Shown: one piece after another, positions 43,991 to 54,751 of the stretch | Layout of the letters: each line of letters opens with the position of its first letter | Numbering within the stretch: position 1 is the stretch's first letter | Assembly: GCA_963754925.1 (NCBI GenBank) | Contig: CAVWHX010000004.1 | Span: 320,001 to 384,000 of the forward strand | Length of the DNA: 64,000 nucleotides | Direction of reading: 5' to 3' | Source of the DNA: an uncultured delta proteobacterium | GTDB taxonomy: Bacteria; Myxococcota; B64-G9 | Notes under the pieces: model-generated | What the model was told of the DNA's origin: nothing | The model's input: only the letters and a program-made list of their open reading frames with translations | Database searches by the model: none | Translations under genes and position numbers: made by a program

Positions 43991-44665
43991 ATGGTCCAGA
44001 TTAACCTCGAGCAGCGCGAAATCACTCTCAAGATAGTTTATTACGGCCCCGGCCTGTCGGGGAAAACAACCAATTTGCAAGCCATTCATCAACTGATGGA
44101 AGCCGAGGCGCGCGGGCGTCTGATGGTTTTAGACACGGCGGACGATCGAACGCTTTTTTTCGATATGATGCCGGTGTTTTTCAAGACCCAATCAGGCTTC
44201 ACCATTAAGGTAAAGCTGTTTACGGTGCCAGGCCAGGTGATGCATAACTCCACCCGTCGAATAGTGCTCCAAGGGGTCGACGGAATCGTCTTTGTTGCCG
44301 ATTCGCAAAAAACGCAAACCAAGGCCAACAACGACTCGTGGCGAGACCTGACTCAAAACTTGCGCGCCAACAGCTTAGATATTACCAAGCTGCCGGTCGT
44401 TATTCAGTTCAATAAACGCGACTTACCAAACATTCGCTCTGAAGAAGAAATCGAAGCGGTAACGCATCGAGGAAAAGAGCCAGTTTTTTTGGCCTCGGCC
44501 ATTCAAGGAGTTGGGGTGTTCGAGACATTGGACGGCTTGTTGCGTCTAACCTGGCGTACGCTCAATAGCAAATTGCAGCTTGAGCAACGATTGAACCTTC
44601 GCGAAGATGAATTCGTCGCCAATGTATTACGCCGACCAAAGCAGAAGCCGCAAGGAGCGTCATGA
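43991..44665 (+). CDS. sofG: MglA-family small GTPase, SofG-like
   Basis: KIVYYGPGLSGKTTN, DRTLFFD, TVPGQV, NKRD; LKIV/PVFF/KVKLF pattern and C-terminal extension recall M. xanthus SofG (from memory). Confidence 0.78.
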   Translation: MVQINLEQREITLKIVYYGPGLSGKTTNLQAIHQLMEAEARGRLMVLDTADDRTLFFDMMPVFFKTQSGFTIKVKLFTVPGQVMHNSTRRIVLQGVDGIVFVADSQKTQTKANNDSWRDLTQNLRANSLDITKLPVVIQFNKRDLPNIRSEEEIEAVTHRGKEPVFLASAIQGVGVFETLDGLLRLTWRTLNSKLQLEQRLNLREDEFVANVLRRPKQKPQGAS

Positions 44666-46071
44666 CGTCTGCGCCGCAAATGGCGGGCTCGGTTCTCCAG
44701 CACGAGTTCTCACTCGGCGAGTTGCTCGATGTCGGTTCGTTTCGGGAAGTGTGCCTCAGTTACGCCGAGTTATTTCAAATCGGCTTCAAAATCTTTGACG
44801 AAAACCGGGAACAACTCATCGATGTTAAAGGCGGTGCAGCTGAATATTGCGCTTATATATTCAGCTTGGCGCCTGGTAAGGCGCGTTGCACCCAAGAGGT
44901 CTCGGCCATACGCGAGCTTGCGTTGACGGGCCCGGATCCGGTTCAATACGATTGCTTCACCGGCATGCGCTACCTGCTCGCGCCGATTTATCACGAGGGC
45001 AGCCTGGTCGGCAGGGTGGTGTTCGGTCCGTACCTGCCGGCAGAGGCTCAAGCAATAGTTCCGACCGAGCTGGGCGAGCGTTTCAACGTCGAGGTCGCCT
45101 CACGTCTCTACCAGCGCCTGCGGCGGGTACAAACCGATATTGCGCGCAAAGTAGTCATGAACTTAGTACGGGTGATTGAGGTGTTGTTGTTTACCGGTTA
45201 CAAGCAGGCGCTCACCTCGCGCATGCACGTCGAAACCGTAACCGCATCATACACCGAACTGCAGGAAAAAAACCGCTCCTTGCGGGAGTCGTACGAACGT
45301 CTCAAAGAATTGGATCGACTTAAAAGCAGCTTCCTCGCGACCGTCTCGCACGAACTGAGGACGCCCCTGACATCGGTGATCGGTTACAGTGAAATGCTCC
45401 TCGAAGGCCTCGCCGGCGAGGTGAATACCGAGCAACGTGAATATGTGCGGACCATCATGGAGAAAGGCGAGAACCTTCTGGCGCTCATCAGCAGCATTTT
45501 GGATTTCTCGAAGGTCGAGTCCGGCAATCTGCGACTTAATATTGGACCGACCGACCTTCGGGAGGTTGTACGCGCGGCCTCGAGCACGGTCGTGCCCATG
45601 GCGCACAAACAACAGGTCACTATCGATCTGACCCTGGGAGATGACCTACCGACTATCCAGGCGGACTCTGAAAAAATTCGACAGGCGCTCATCAATATCA
45701 TAGCCAACGCTATCAAGTTCAATCGTAAGGGCGGCAAGGTGGTGGTTCTGGCCGAGCGCATGACGGTTCAACCCCAACCCGCCAAAGAACTAGAGGAACT
45801 ACCGGCGGCGCTCGCTCCGACCGATGTGGAAATGGTACGGCTGACGATAAAAGACACCGGAATAGGCATCCCCCAGGAGAAACTAACGCGCATTTTTGAC
45901 TCATTTTATCAAATAGATCACTCTTCGACGCGCGAGTATGGAGGGACCGGTCTAGGATTGGCTATCGCCAAGAGTTTCATCGAGGCTCACGGGGGCTCCA
46001 TTCAAGTTCAAAGCGAGTTAGGCCGCGGCAGCGCCTTTAATATTCTGCTGCCGGTCGAGCGCGGGCCATAA
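44662..46071 (+). CDS. Cytoplasmic sensor histidine kinase with PocR-like N-terminal domain
   Basis: YC..I...C...YDCFTG PocR-type cysteines; [25 protein letters not shown]; no TM segment. Confidence 0.88.
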   Translation: MTSAPQMAGSVLQHEFSLGELLDVGSFREVCLSYAELFQIGFKIFDENREQLIDVKGGAAEYCAYIFSLAPGKARCTQEVSAIRELALTGPDPVQYDCFTGMRYLLAPIYHEGSLVGRVVFGPYLPAEAQAIVPTELGERFNVEVASRLYQRLRRVQTDIARKVVMNLVRVIEVLLFTGYKQALTSRMHVETVTASYTELQEKNRSLRESYERLKELDRLKSSFLATVSHELRTPLTSVIGYSEMLLEGLAGEVNTEQREYVRTIMEKGENLLALISSILDFSKVESGNLRLNIGPTDLREVVRAASSTVVPMAHKQQVTIDLTLGDDLPTIQADSEKIRQALINIIANAIKFNRKGGKVVVLAERMTVQPQPAKELEELPAALAPTDVEMVRLTIKDTGIGIPQEKLTRIFDSFYQIDHSSTREYGGTGLGLAIAKSFIEAHGGSIQVQSELGRGSAFNILLPVERGP

Positions 46072-46093
46072 ATTGTCACAAGGCAGCAGGGGT

Positions 46094-47380
46094 ATGCGGA
46101 TTAAGCTCTTCTATACCTTAATGCTCGGTGTGTTGTTGGGCTGGGCCCTACCACTCGCGGTGTACCTCCGCGGACCCGAATCCTTCGAACCTTCCTGGTT
46201 GTATCCGTATCTGTTGATGGGGACGGTGGTGCTGGCGCTTCTGGGTCAGGCATTCTGGGCCGCGCGTCTGGCCGGCCGCTTCCAACGCCTTACCCAATAC
46301 GCCGAACAACTGGGAACCGGTAATTTGTCCGAGACAACGTTGACTATCTCAAAACTGCCAGCGGAGGGTGAGCGTATCGCCCGGGCGCTCGTGAACGTGC
46401 GCAGCCATTTGGTGCAGGCACTGCAGACTCTTCAGCAATCAGGCAACCGCGCTATTTCTTCACAAACTTCATTAACCGCCTTGGCAAAGGCGATCAACGT
46501 CTCGGCTGGCGAAATTACCTTATCGATGGAGGAGATTTCCAACGGAGCACGCGTTCAAAGCGAACTGTTCGGTAAGACCTCCGCTCTCATCGGTGAGATG
46601 GCCCGCAGCATTGAGCGCACCGCCCGTTCGGCCGAGGATGCCGCCCGCTCTTCAGCCGAAGCCAGTTCGGTGGCCCAATCCGGCAGCAGCATGGCCGGCC
46701 AAGCAGTCGAAAAAATGCGCGGCGTTTTTGAGGAAATCGAACAATACGCCTCGCGCGTGTTTGAGCTTGGCGAGCGCACGAAAGAGATTGGCAATATCGT
46801 GAAAGTCATTACCGAAGTGGCTCAACAAACTCACCTGCTCGCGATCAACGCTGCGATCGAGGCCGCCCGCGCCGGCGAGGCCGGGAGAGGATTCGCGGTG
46901 GTAGCCGAGGAGATTCGGCAATTGGCTGAAAACACCTCACGCTCGGCCGAGCGCATCTCAGGAATTGTCGAGGAAGTGACCATGCGCTCGGTCGAAGCCA
47001 TGCGCGCGGTCAAAGGCAGCACGCAGCGGCTGGCCGATGGGCGTGACCAGCTGTCCGCGATCGTCGAGGCGCTCCAGAACATCGTTGCCACGGTTACCGC
47101 TGGCACCGATCGGGTACAGATCATCAGTCGTCTCGCCCGCGAGCAGATTGCCGGGGCCGAGCAGACGGTGATAGCCTTCGCAAACATTTCGCAGGTGGCC
47201 GAGAAAAACGCCGTTTCAACCGACTCGGTGCGCAGCGCCGCCGACGTTCAGAGCACCTCGCTCATGGAGATCACTCGACTGGCGGCCGAGATCGGTACGC
47301 TGGCAGCGAGCATGGACGAAGAGGTACGTCGGTTCCGCCTCACGAGAGGCCAGGATCATGATGGGCGTAGCAACGCATAG
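46094..47380 (+). CDS. Methyl-accepting chemotaxis protein, DifA-like (2 TM, tiny periplasmic loop)
   Basis: [41 protein letters not shown] segment recalls DifA. Confidence 0.88.
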   Translation: MRIKLFYTLMLGVLLGWALPLAVYLRGPESFEPSWLYPYLLMGTVVLALLGQAFWAARLAGRFQRLTQYAEQLGTGNLSETTLTISKLPAEGERIARALVNVRSHLVQALQTLQQSGNRAISSQTSLTALAKAINVSAGEITLSMEEISNGARVQSELFGKTSALIGEMARSIERTARSAEDAARSSAEASSVAQSGSSMAGQAVEKMRGVFEEIEQYASRVFELGERTKEIGNIVKVITEVAQQTHLLAINAAIEAARAGEAGRGFAVVAEEIRQLAENTSRSAERISGIVEEVTMRSVEAMRAVKGSTQRLADGRDQLSAIVEALQNIVATVTAGTDRVQIISRLAREQIAGAEQTVIAFANISQVAEKNAVSTDSVRSAADVQSTSLMEITRLAAEIGTLAASMDEEVRRFRLTRGQDHDGRSNA

Positions 47381-47810
47381 CACCGACGCATACCCGCCCG
47401 GCAGGCGGCATTTGACGTTGATCTTTCGCTTGGGGCCTGAACGTTTTGGCCTGCCACTGTCGGCGGTCATGGAAGTATTTGAGTCGCCCGTTGTCGTCTA
47501 CCCGATACCGGGCACGTCGACTTGGGTTCGCGGCATCCTCAACCACCACGGCCGCGTGATCCCGCTGCTTAATGCTGCGGCGCTGTTACAGGCGGCAGGC
47601 GCTGCTGAATCCGGCCCGGTGATCTTGCTGCAGCTCGCTGGAGAACCGGTTGGCTGGCAGGTGGATCAGATCGAATGTTTGGAGGAAGTCCAGGCCGAGG
47701 GACCTATCGTCGATGGGCGGCGCCGCGCCTGGTTCCGAGGCGCCCTCCTAACCCTGATCGAACCGAATCTCTTTGGAGAAAGCGTGGTACAACAATTGTC
47801 CGAAGTGTAG
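47358..47810 (+). CDS. cheW: CheW coupling protein, DifC-like
   Basis: [22 protein letters not shown]...[14 protein letters not shown]. Confidence 0.85.
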   Translation: MMGVATHSTDAYPPGRRHLTLIFRLGPERFGLPLSAVMEVFESPVVVYPIPGTSTWVRGILNHHGRVIPLLNAAALLQAAGAAESGPVILLQLAGEPVGWQVDQIECLEEVQAEGPIVDGRRRAWFRGALLTLIEPNLFGESVVQQLSEV

Positions 47811-47858
47811 ACGGTCGCCGAGTAGGTGCTGATACCGGTTGACGCGCGACGGATCGCC

Positions 47859-47887
47859 TTGACAAGTCATGCGCCCTTCCCTAACAT
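47859..47887 (+). promoter_or_regulatory. Sigma-70-like promoter
   Basis: TTGACA-N17-TAACAT upstream of RBS AAGGAGA and ATG 47943. Confidence 0.55.
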
Positions 47888-47942
47888 GCAGCCCCAGCGC
47901 GTTGTTCACTGCTTTCCTCCCGGACGAAGGAGATATCATTTT

Positions 47943-50900
47943 ATGGACACCGGTGCTCTGAGCCGCCATCCCTCACGAGGTTGGCTATTAGTGTTGTGTT
48001 TGCTGGTTGCACCCTCGTACGCTCGACAAGATACCAAACCTAACGGATCCGATGCTCTTTCCAGCATGGAGGCGTTTAGTTGGACGCTGCTCCAAGTCAA
48101 GCAAGACTACGTCGATCCTACCCGCATTCGGCCCGAGGCCATGATGCATCGCACGTTCGAGTATATGGAACGACGAGTGCCGGAACTGAAGGTCAATCTC
48201 AACGATGGCGTGGCCAAGGTACAGGTCGGCCCACACCACGAAACCTTTACCGTCGGCAAACCGGCCACCATCTGGGAGATGAATTACAACCTCCAGCCGA
48301 TCTTCAAGTTCATCGGCAGTCACCTCGAACCGGACCAGGATCCTAAGGAGGTCGAGATCGCGGCCATTAATGGCATGCTGTCCACTCTCGACCCACATTC
48401 CAATTTACTGCCGCCGGAGCTATACCGCGAAATGCAGCTCAAAACGACCGGCGAGTTCGGTGGCTTGGGAATTCGCATCAGTATCCGCAAGGGAGCGCTG
48501 ACGGTCATCTCACCCCTCCCCGAAACTCCTGCCGCGCGGGTTGGACTCAAGGCCTTGGATCAAATTGTGCGCATCAATGATCAATCCACGGTCAACATGC
48601 CGCTTGACGAGGCGGTTAATTTACTGCGTGGCGTGCCCGGGTCGCAGGTATCGATCTGGATTATGCGGACGGGGTGGAGCGAACCGCACGCGTACGTCAT
48701 GACGCGCGAAACCATTCGGGTGCGCAGCATAGAATCGAAACTGCTCGACCATCAAATCGGCTACATTCAGATCCAAGATTTTGGCGCTCATACCGCTGCT
48801 GATTTATTGCGGCATCTCAACGACCTCAAAAACGAGGGCAAGGGACTGAAAGGATTGATTCTGGACGTCCGCAACAACGCCGGCGGCCTCCTTAAAGCGG
48901 CCATCCAAGTGGCCGATATGTTTTTGGACAAGGGAACCATCGTCGCTACGGTTTCCTACAGCGAAGACAGCACCCCCGAAAAACGCATCCAGAAAAGCCG
49001 CGAGGAGCAGCGTGCCGACGAGGATGTGTTCGATCCGAAACTTCCGATCGTCGTCTTGACCAACAGCGGGAGCGCCTCGGCCTCTGAAATCCTTGCCGGC
49101 GCCCTGAAAAACCTCGATCGCGCGGTACTGATGGGCGAACAAACGTTTGGCAAAGGATCGGTCCAAATCCTCAATGAGCGCGTGCCTCCCTCCATAGAGG
49201 GCGCATGCCTGAAACTGACCGTCGCCGAGTACTTAATCCCAGGAGACATTTCCATTCAGGAGGTTGGCGTAACCCCCGATATCCGATTGATTCCCATGGT
49301 GCTCGATAAGGATACCATTCAGATTTTTGCTGAACCGGCTCGCTTCCGCGAAGAGGATATTCCGGCTCACTTGAAGGTTCAAAACGCCCGGGTATTCCAA
49401 CCGAGCCAGGTCGTGCAGTATCTCTACGACGGTCCCAAGCCGACGGTGGGCACCGAGGACGAACCGCCTATCGAGGAACCAGGCTTCAAGGAGGACTTCG
49501 AAATTCGTCTGGCCAAGGAATTCTTACAACAGGTCAAGAACATCTCGGCTACCGCCATGCTCGATGAAGGCAATGCCTTTCTCCGGACCGTGCAGCAAGC
49601 CGAGCAGCGCAAGCTTGAGGAGCGAATCTCAACGTTCGGCGTTGACTGGTCGAAGGGAACCAGCGCCGCCGGCCAGGGAACGGTCAACTTCACGCTATCT
49701 GGTGACGGCGTCGATAAGGACGGATCAGCTCTGGCCGATCATAACGTTCGCCTGGTATTGACGGTCAAGAATACCGGTCAGGGTCCATTCCACCGGCTCC
49801 GGGCCGAGTCGAAGTCCAAGCATGTCTTGTTCGATCGTCGTGAATTCATATTTGGGCGGGTCGATCCCGGCACAAGTAAAAGCTTCGAGGTGCCTATCAA
49901 AATCCCTCGGGGCGTTTCCAGCCGCACCGATGACCTGCGTTTTACTTTCTTCTGCGAGGATGGTCAGCCGCCGCCTCCCTATGAGACCCGCATCACCACC
50001 CGTGAACTGCCCGAACCGGTCTTTGGCTTTAGCTATCGTATTCTTGATCCAGAAGGTAACGGCGATGGCCTGATCGAACCGGGCGAGAAAATCGATCTGG
50101 ACCTGACCGTCACCAACATCGGCGCGGGCAAGTCGTTCGATACGAAGGCATTGCTCAAAAACAACGCCGGTAAAGATTTATTCCTCGAAGCCGGTCGCGG
50201 AAGAATTACCCTCCAGGACATCCCGCCCGGCCAAGCGCGACATGAGTCGTTCAGTTTCCAGGTGCTGGAGAGTTGCACCAAAGACAAGCTCCCGGTCGAA
50301 GTAACTATCTGGGATTCTGATTTGGGAGCCAGCGCGGTGGCCGACATAGAGTTGCCGGTGATACACGGCAAAGTTCCCACCCCGGCTAAGATCGTAAGCG
50401 GCCTGGAGGTCAAGCGGGCGCGTGCCGAGGTGCGCGGCGGTGCCAGTGCCGGCGCTCCATTGGTGGGATTCGCCCCAAAGGGAGCGCGATTTACGAGCGA
50501 TCGCGTGCTGGGAACGTGGTATCGGATCCAGGGCGCGGCCGCTCCGCTCGGCTGGATTAACCGAGACTCGGCGACAACCATACCGGCCGCCAAAGTCAAA
50601 GCGACAACGAAACTTCTTGAGCCCTTCGTTCAATATACCCCACCGCAGTTCTCAATCGAGAATCTTCCCGCCTATCTCGAAAAAGGCACCAGCGTTACGC
50701 TCCGGGGAAAAGTAACCGACGAGGATCAAGACCTGCGGGAGGTTGCGATCTGGGTGGGAACCGAAAAAGTTTTTCTCCAACCAGGCGTCGCCGGCAATGC
50801 CCGAAAAATCCTCCTTGAGGTGCCGCTGTCGCTGAATCCCGGCCCCAATCTGATCACGGTCATCGCCCGCGAGGGCAGTAAGCTCTCCGCGCAAAAGAGT

Positions 50901-50987
50901 TTTGTAGTTACCCGTCCCGGCGGGCTCGACTGGAAGAAGCCCAGCGACTGGATGGAGGATGAGGATCCCTCCCAAGCCATGGATTAA
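47943..50987 (+). CDS. Large S41 carboxyl-terminal protease with C-terminal beta-sandwich/SH3-like extensions (MXAN_5808-like)
   Basis: LDPHS, GEFGGLGI, DVRNNAGGLL, SASASEILAGALK, TFGKGSVQ; long C-terminal extension (GNGDGLIEPGE). Confidence 0.85.
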   Translation: MDTGALSRHPSRGWLLVLCLLVAPSYARQDTKPNGSDALSSMEAFSWTLLQVKQDYVDPTRIRPEAMMHRTFEYMERRVPELKVNLNDGVAKVQVGPHHETFTVGKPATIWEMNYNLQPIFKFIGSHLEPDQDPKEVEIAAINGMLSTLDPHSNLLPPELYREMQLKTTGEFGGLGIRISIRKGALTVISPLPETPAARVGLKALDQIVRINDQSTVNMPLDEAVNLLRGVPGSQVSIWIMRTGWSEPHAYVMTRETIRVRSIESKLLDHQIGYIQIQDFGAHTAADLLRHLNDLKNEGKGLKGLILDVRNNAGGLLKAAIQVADMFLDKGTIVATVSYSEDSTPEKRIQKSREEQRADEDVFDPKLPIVVLTNSGSASASEILAGALKNLDRAVLMGEQTFGKGSVQILNERVPPSIEGACLKLTVAEYLIPGDISIQEVGVTPDIRLIPMVLDKDTIQIFAEPARFREEDIPAHLKVQNARVFQPSQVVQYLYDGPKPTVGTEDEPPIEEPGFKEDFEIRLAKEFLQQVKNISATAMLDEGNAFLRTVQQAEQRKLEERISTFGVDWSKGTSAAGQGTVNFTLSGDGVDKDGSALADHNVRLVLTVKNTGQGPFHRLRAESKSKHVLFDRREFIFGRVDPGTSKSFEVPIKIPRGVSSRTDDLRFTFFCEDGQPPPPYETRITTRELPEPVFGFSYRILDPEGNGDGLIEPGEKIDLDLTVTNIGAGKSFDTKALLKNNAGKDLFLEAGRGRITLQDIPPGQARHESFSFQVLESCTKDKLPVEVTIWDSDLGASAVADIELPVIHGKVPTPAKIVSGLEVKRARAEVRGGASAGAPLVGFAPKGARFTSDRVLGTWYRIQGAAAPLGWINRDSATTIPAAKVKATTKLLEPFVQYTPPQFSIENLPAYLEKGTSVTLRGKVTDEDQDLREVAIWVGTEKVFLQPGVAGNARKILLEVPLSLNPGPNLITVIAREGSKLSAQKSFVVTRPGGLDWKKPSDWMEDEDPSQAMD

Positions 50988-51076
50988 CCTATTGATGGCA
51001 GCGCGCCTCGGTCTGTCTGGCGGTGTCGAAGGCTCCGGTGGGTGATCCGTGCTGCCTTGCGAGGTACCGTTGCTTA

Positions 51077-52267
51077 TCAGATGAGAGCTCTTGAATCCGC
51101 TACTGCTTGTTCGATACCGGGTAGCGCCCCGTCGATTTCCTCTGGGGTAACGCAAAAGCACAGTCGTATGTGGCCGGCACGACCAAAACCCGAGCCCGGG
51201 ACGGCCAGAACACGATAGCGTTGCAGCGCCCGAACAAAGGCCATGTCGTCGGGTGTCGGGGTCTGTGGAAAGAGATAGAAGGCGCCTTCGGGTTGCACGC
51301 ACTGCAGCCCCGCCTGGCTGAGGCCACGAAAGAATTGATCGCGTAATCGCTGGTATTGACCGACGTCCACCCGCGCTTCCTGCACATCGGCGACGACGCG
51401 CTGGAACAGCGCCGGGGCATTCACAAACCCAAGAGCACGATTATTGAACGTGAGGGCATTATGCAGCTCCCGTCGATCTCGATGGGCGGGGGATATTGCC
51501 GCGTACCCAATTCGCTCGCCAGGCAGTCCGAGATCTTTCGAGTGCGAGTTAATGAGGATGGTATTCGGGTGGGCGGCCATAACGCTCGGTGCGCTGCGGT
51601 CGTCGAAAACGATTTTTCGATAGGGTTCGTCGCTCAGAATGGTTATCGGCGCTCCGGTAAGACGTTCTTTTTCCGCCAACAGCTCGCCCAGTTCGCGCAG
51701 ACGGGCTCCCGAATACAGGCGACCGGTGGGGTTGTTGGGCGAATTGAGAATTAACACCCGGGTGCGAACACCCACGGCGCGCTCGATAGCGGCCAGGTCA
51801 AGATCGAAATCGGCAGTCGATTCAGCTACGCTGATGACGCCGCCGACGCTGTCGATGTAAAAGAAATACTCGGGGAAGTACGGCGCTATCACCACCACCT
51901 CATCCCCTGGATCAATGAGCGATTTTAGAGCCACATTCATCGCGCCGGCCGCCCCGCTGGTCATGATGACATCTTCGCCTTCTATCGGCACCCCGAGATC
52001 GCGACGCAGGTACTCCCCCACCCGTGCCCGACATTCGGGATAACCGGCATTGGGCATATACCGGTGCATGCCTGGTGTTGGATTCAGCACGGCCTCGCGC
52101 AGAGCCCTTTGCACCGCCGTGGGGGGTTCGAGAATCGGGTTTCCCAGCGTGAAGTCGTATACCGGCGCGGCGTTGGGCTCTTGGCGTAAGTGTAACCCTT
52201 CCTCAAACATTCTCCGGATCCACGAAGCTTGGTTCATGAAACGTTCGGTTTTTTTAGATATAGCCAT
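51077..52267 (-). CDS. Class I/II PLP-dependent aminotransferase (aspartate aminotransferase-like)
   Basis: LGNP, NSPNNPTG, SDEPY, SHSKDLGLPGERIGY. Confidence 0.92.
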   Translation of the reverse strand: MAISKKTERFMNQASWIRRMFEEGLHLRQEPNAAPVYDFTLGNPILEPPTAVQRALREAVLNPTPGMHRYMPNAGYPECRARVGEYLRRDLGVPIEGEDVIMTSGAAGAMNVALKSLIDPGDEVVVIAPYFPEYFFYIDSVGGVISVAESTADFDLDLAAIERAVGVRTRVLILNSPNNPTGRLYSGARLRELGELLAEKERLTGAPITILSDEPYRKIVFDDRSAPSVMAAHPNTILINSHSKDLGLPGERIGYAAISPAHRDRRELHNALTFNNRALGFVNAPALFQRVVADVQEARVDVGQYQRLRDQFFRGLSQAGLQCVQPEGAFYLFPQTPTPDDMAFVRALQRYRVLAVPGSGFGRAGHIRLCFCVTPEEIDGALPGIEQAVADSRALI

Positions 52268-52362
52268 ACTATTATCATTAGCAAAAAATCAGGTCTTGAT
52301 CAAAACTGAGTTCTCGGTGTAACGATTTATTAAGAGTATACTGCCTTTGGTAGGATGGAATC

Positions 52363-54033
52363 ATGAAAACCGAAAGTACCGTGTTGGGATTTGTATCCGT
52401 CGTCTGTTTAGCCGCACTTCTGGGCGGCGCTCGGTGCAAGGAGAAGTCAGAGTCGCGTTCGACTAACCAGACGCAGACGGTACCGGCGAATCCCGGTCCA
52501 GAGGGGAGAGACGCCATGAATCAAAAACCAACAAACGAACCGGCATTCAGACCGCAGGTCGCGGGTTCATTTTACCCGGCCGATCCAGACGAGTTGCGGA
52601 GCATGATACAGGATTACCTCAACGCTGCCCGCAAAGCCGGCAAGCGGGTAAGCGGGGATCTTCTGGGAGTGATTGTGCCGCACGCCGGCTACCCGTATTC
52701 GGGCCCGATCGCAGCCTATGCCTTTCAAGCGCTTACGGATCGACCTATCAAACGCGTGGTCGTGCTCGGCCCGGCTCATCGGCGAGCATACGCGGTCCCG
52801 GCGTTGCTCGATGCGCCGGCGTACCACACCCCGCTGGGGGATATCCCGATCGATCGCGACGGGGTCCGGCGTCTGGCCGCGACCAAGGCGGCTGTGTTGG
52901 ATACGACGAAATTCATCGGCGAACACGCCTTGGAGGTCGAGCTTCCCTTTCTCCAAATGGTGTTGAAGGACTTCAGCATAGTGCCGGTGATGATCAGCGA
53001 ACCGGATCCGAAAGCCGCCACGAGGCTCGCTCAGGCCCTGAAGGAAACCTTTCCTGCAAACGATACGGTCGTTGTTGCCAGCAGCGATATGTCCCATGAT
53101 TATCCGTATCAGGTGGCAACGGCCATGGATGAAAATGCTCTGCGTTATGTAACGGCTCTTGATTCGGCCGGGTTGTATAAAGCGTACCGTGCCTTTTATG
53201 ACGCCGGAATGGATATCAAGGTCGGTGCGGATGGCAAACCCGTTCCCGATGCCGCGCAATTTTGCGGGATGGGGCCGGTATTGACCCTACTCGAGCTTGC
53301 GAAGCTCTATCAGAGCTCCGGCGCCAGACCCCAAGCGCTGGTGCTCGACCGACGCAATTCGGGGGATATTGTCGGCGACAAGCATAGTCGCATCGTCGGT
53401 TACAGCGCAGTGGTCGTTACCCTAGCCACCGCGCGCCCCGAGAACCAGCAAAATCCATCCGGTTCGACCGGCGATTTTCTCTTTGAGGCCGAGAAGCAGG
53501 AACTCTTAACTATTGCTCGCCAGACCCTTGAGACCTACCTAACCAACGGCCGCGTAAAGGATTTCAAGCCCACCAGTCAAAAATTGCAAGAACCCGGGGC
53601 GGCTTTTGTCACACTGCATAAGCATGGCGATCTCCGCGGTTGTATCGGCTATATGGAACCAATTTCGCCGCTGTGGGAGATGATCCGCGATCGAGCCATT
53701 GACGCGGCCGTTCACGATAGCCGTTTTTCCCCGGTCCGGGCCCAGGAGTTGGCCGATATCTCCATTGAGATCTCGGTGCTCTCCCCTCGGGTCGAGGTCA
53801 AGGATCCCTTGAAGGAAATCCAGATCGGCCGCGATGGAGTCTGGCTCGAGCTGGGGATGGCCCGCGGCGTGTTCTTGCCCCAGGTTCCGGTGGAGCAACA
53901 CTGGACCACGGTCGAGGAATATCTCGACAACCTTTGTTACAAGGCCCACGTTCCAGAGCGCGGCTGCTGGAAATCCAGCGACGCTAAGATCATGCGCTTT
54001 ACGGCCCTCGTTTTTTCCGAAAAAGAAAAATAA
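52363..54033 (+). CDS. amrB: Fused AmmeMemoRadiSam protein B (MEMO1) and protein A (AMMECR1)
   Basis: AGSFYP, VPHAGYPYSG, EHALEVELPFLQ, SSDMSH, CG; then FVTL, LRGCIG, DSRF, EISVLS, FLPQV. Confidence 0.9.
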   Translation: MKTESTVLGFVSVVCLAALLGGARCKEKSESRSTNQTQTVPANPGPEGRDAMNQKPTNEPAFRPQVAGSFYPADPDELRSMIQDYLNAARKAGKRVSGDLLGVIVPHAGYPYSGPIAAYAFQALTDRPIKRVVVLGPAHRRAYAVPALLDAPAYHTPLGDIPIDRDGVRRLAATKAAVLDTTKFIGEHALEVELPFLQMVLKDFSIVPVMISEPDPKAATRLAQALKETFPANDTVVVASSDMSHDYPYQVATAMDENALRYVTALDSAGLYKAYRAFYDAGMDIKVGADGKPVPDAAQFCGMGPVLTLLELAKLYQSSGARPQALVLDRRNSGDIVGDKHSRIVGYSAVVVTLATARPENQQNPSGSTGDFLFEAEKQELLTIARQTLETYLTNGRVKDFKPTSQKLQEPGAAFVTLHKHGDLRGCIGYMEPISPLWEMIRDRAIDAAVHDSRFSPVRAQELADISIEISVLSPRVEVKDPLKEIQIGRDGVWLELGMARGVFLPQVPVEQHWTTVEEYLDNLCYKAHVPERGCWKSSDAKIMRFTALVFSEKEK

Positions 54034-54038
54034 GAACG

Positions 54039-54740
54039 TTACTTGAGCACGGTAAAATCAGCGCGGCGGTTTTTGGCGTAAGCTTCTTCGGTTTGCCTGG
54101 TATCAACGGGCCGCTCCTCGCCATAGGAGATGATAGAAAACCGGTCGGGGCTGAGTCCCAACTTGACCAGATATTGCTTGACGGTGAGCGCCCGGCGTTC
54201 CCCAAGCGCAAGATTGTATTCGGTGCTGCCGCGGCTATCGCAGTTGCCCTCAATTTGAATATGTCCATTTGGACGCTTGCGCAGAAGCTCAGCGTTGTTG
54301 TTCAAGATGGTTTGAGCTTCGTCAGTCAGGGTGGATTCGTTGAACCCGAAATAAACGGTCGCCAAGTTCGCCGGCGCCTCCTCGCTTGAGACTTCGATCT
54401 CCTTGACGGCTGGCTCAGGTGCGGGTTTAGCTTTGACGGCGGCCTCTTCCTGGCGACGCTTCTCGCATTCGGCCGCTGCTTTATCGGCTAGCTGCTTGGC
54501 GGCGACCAAGTTTGTCTTGGCCTCTTCGTACCGTTTCTCTTTGAGCAGCGCCTGAGCGCGGTCCATCATGGTCTTGGCCGCTTGGTAGGTATCGGGAGCG
54601 CAATCTTTGTACTTCTCGATCCCGGACATGGAGCTTTCGGCGGCGTCAATCTCGGGTTGCGGAATGGGTTTCGGGCAGCCGGACAGCAAGAACGCAAGCG
54701 CCAGGGTTGCCAGGCAAACCGTTGTAATCATTATGCGCAT
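54039..54740 (-). CDS. pal: Pal/OmpA-family peptidoglycan-associated lipoprotein with extra helical N-domain
   Basis: LSGC lipobox; VYFGF, IEGNCDSRGSTEYNLALGERRA, SYGEERP, KNRRADF. Confidence 0.88.
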   Translation of the reverse strand: MRIMITTVCLATLALAFLLSGCPKPIPQPEIDAAESSMSGIEKYKDCAPDTYQAAKTMMDRAQALLKEKRYEEAKTNLVAAKQLADKAAAECEKRRQEEAAVKAKPAPEPAVKEIEVSSEEAPANLATVYFGFNESTLTDEAQTILNNNAELLRKRPNGHIQIEGNCDSRGSTEYNLALGERRALTVKQYLVKLGLSPDRFSIISYGEERPVDTRQTEEAYAKNRRADFTVLK

Positions 54741-54751
54741 GACAGAGACTC

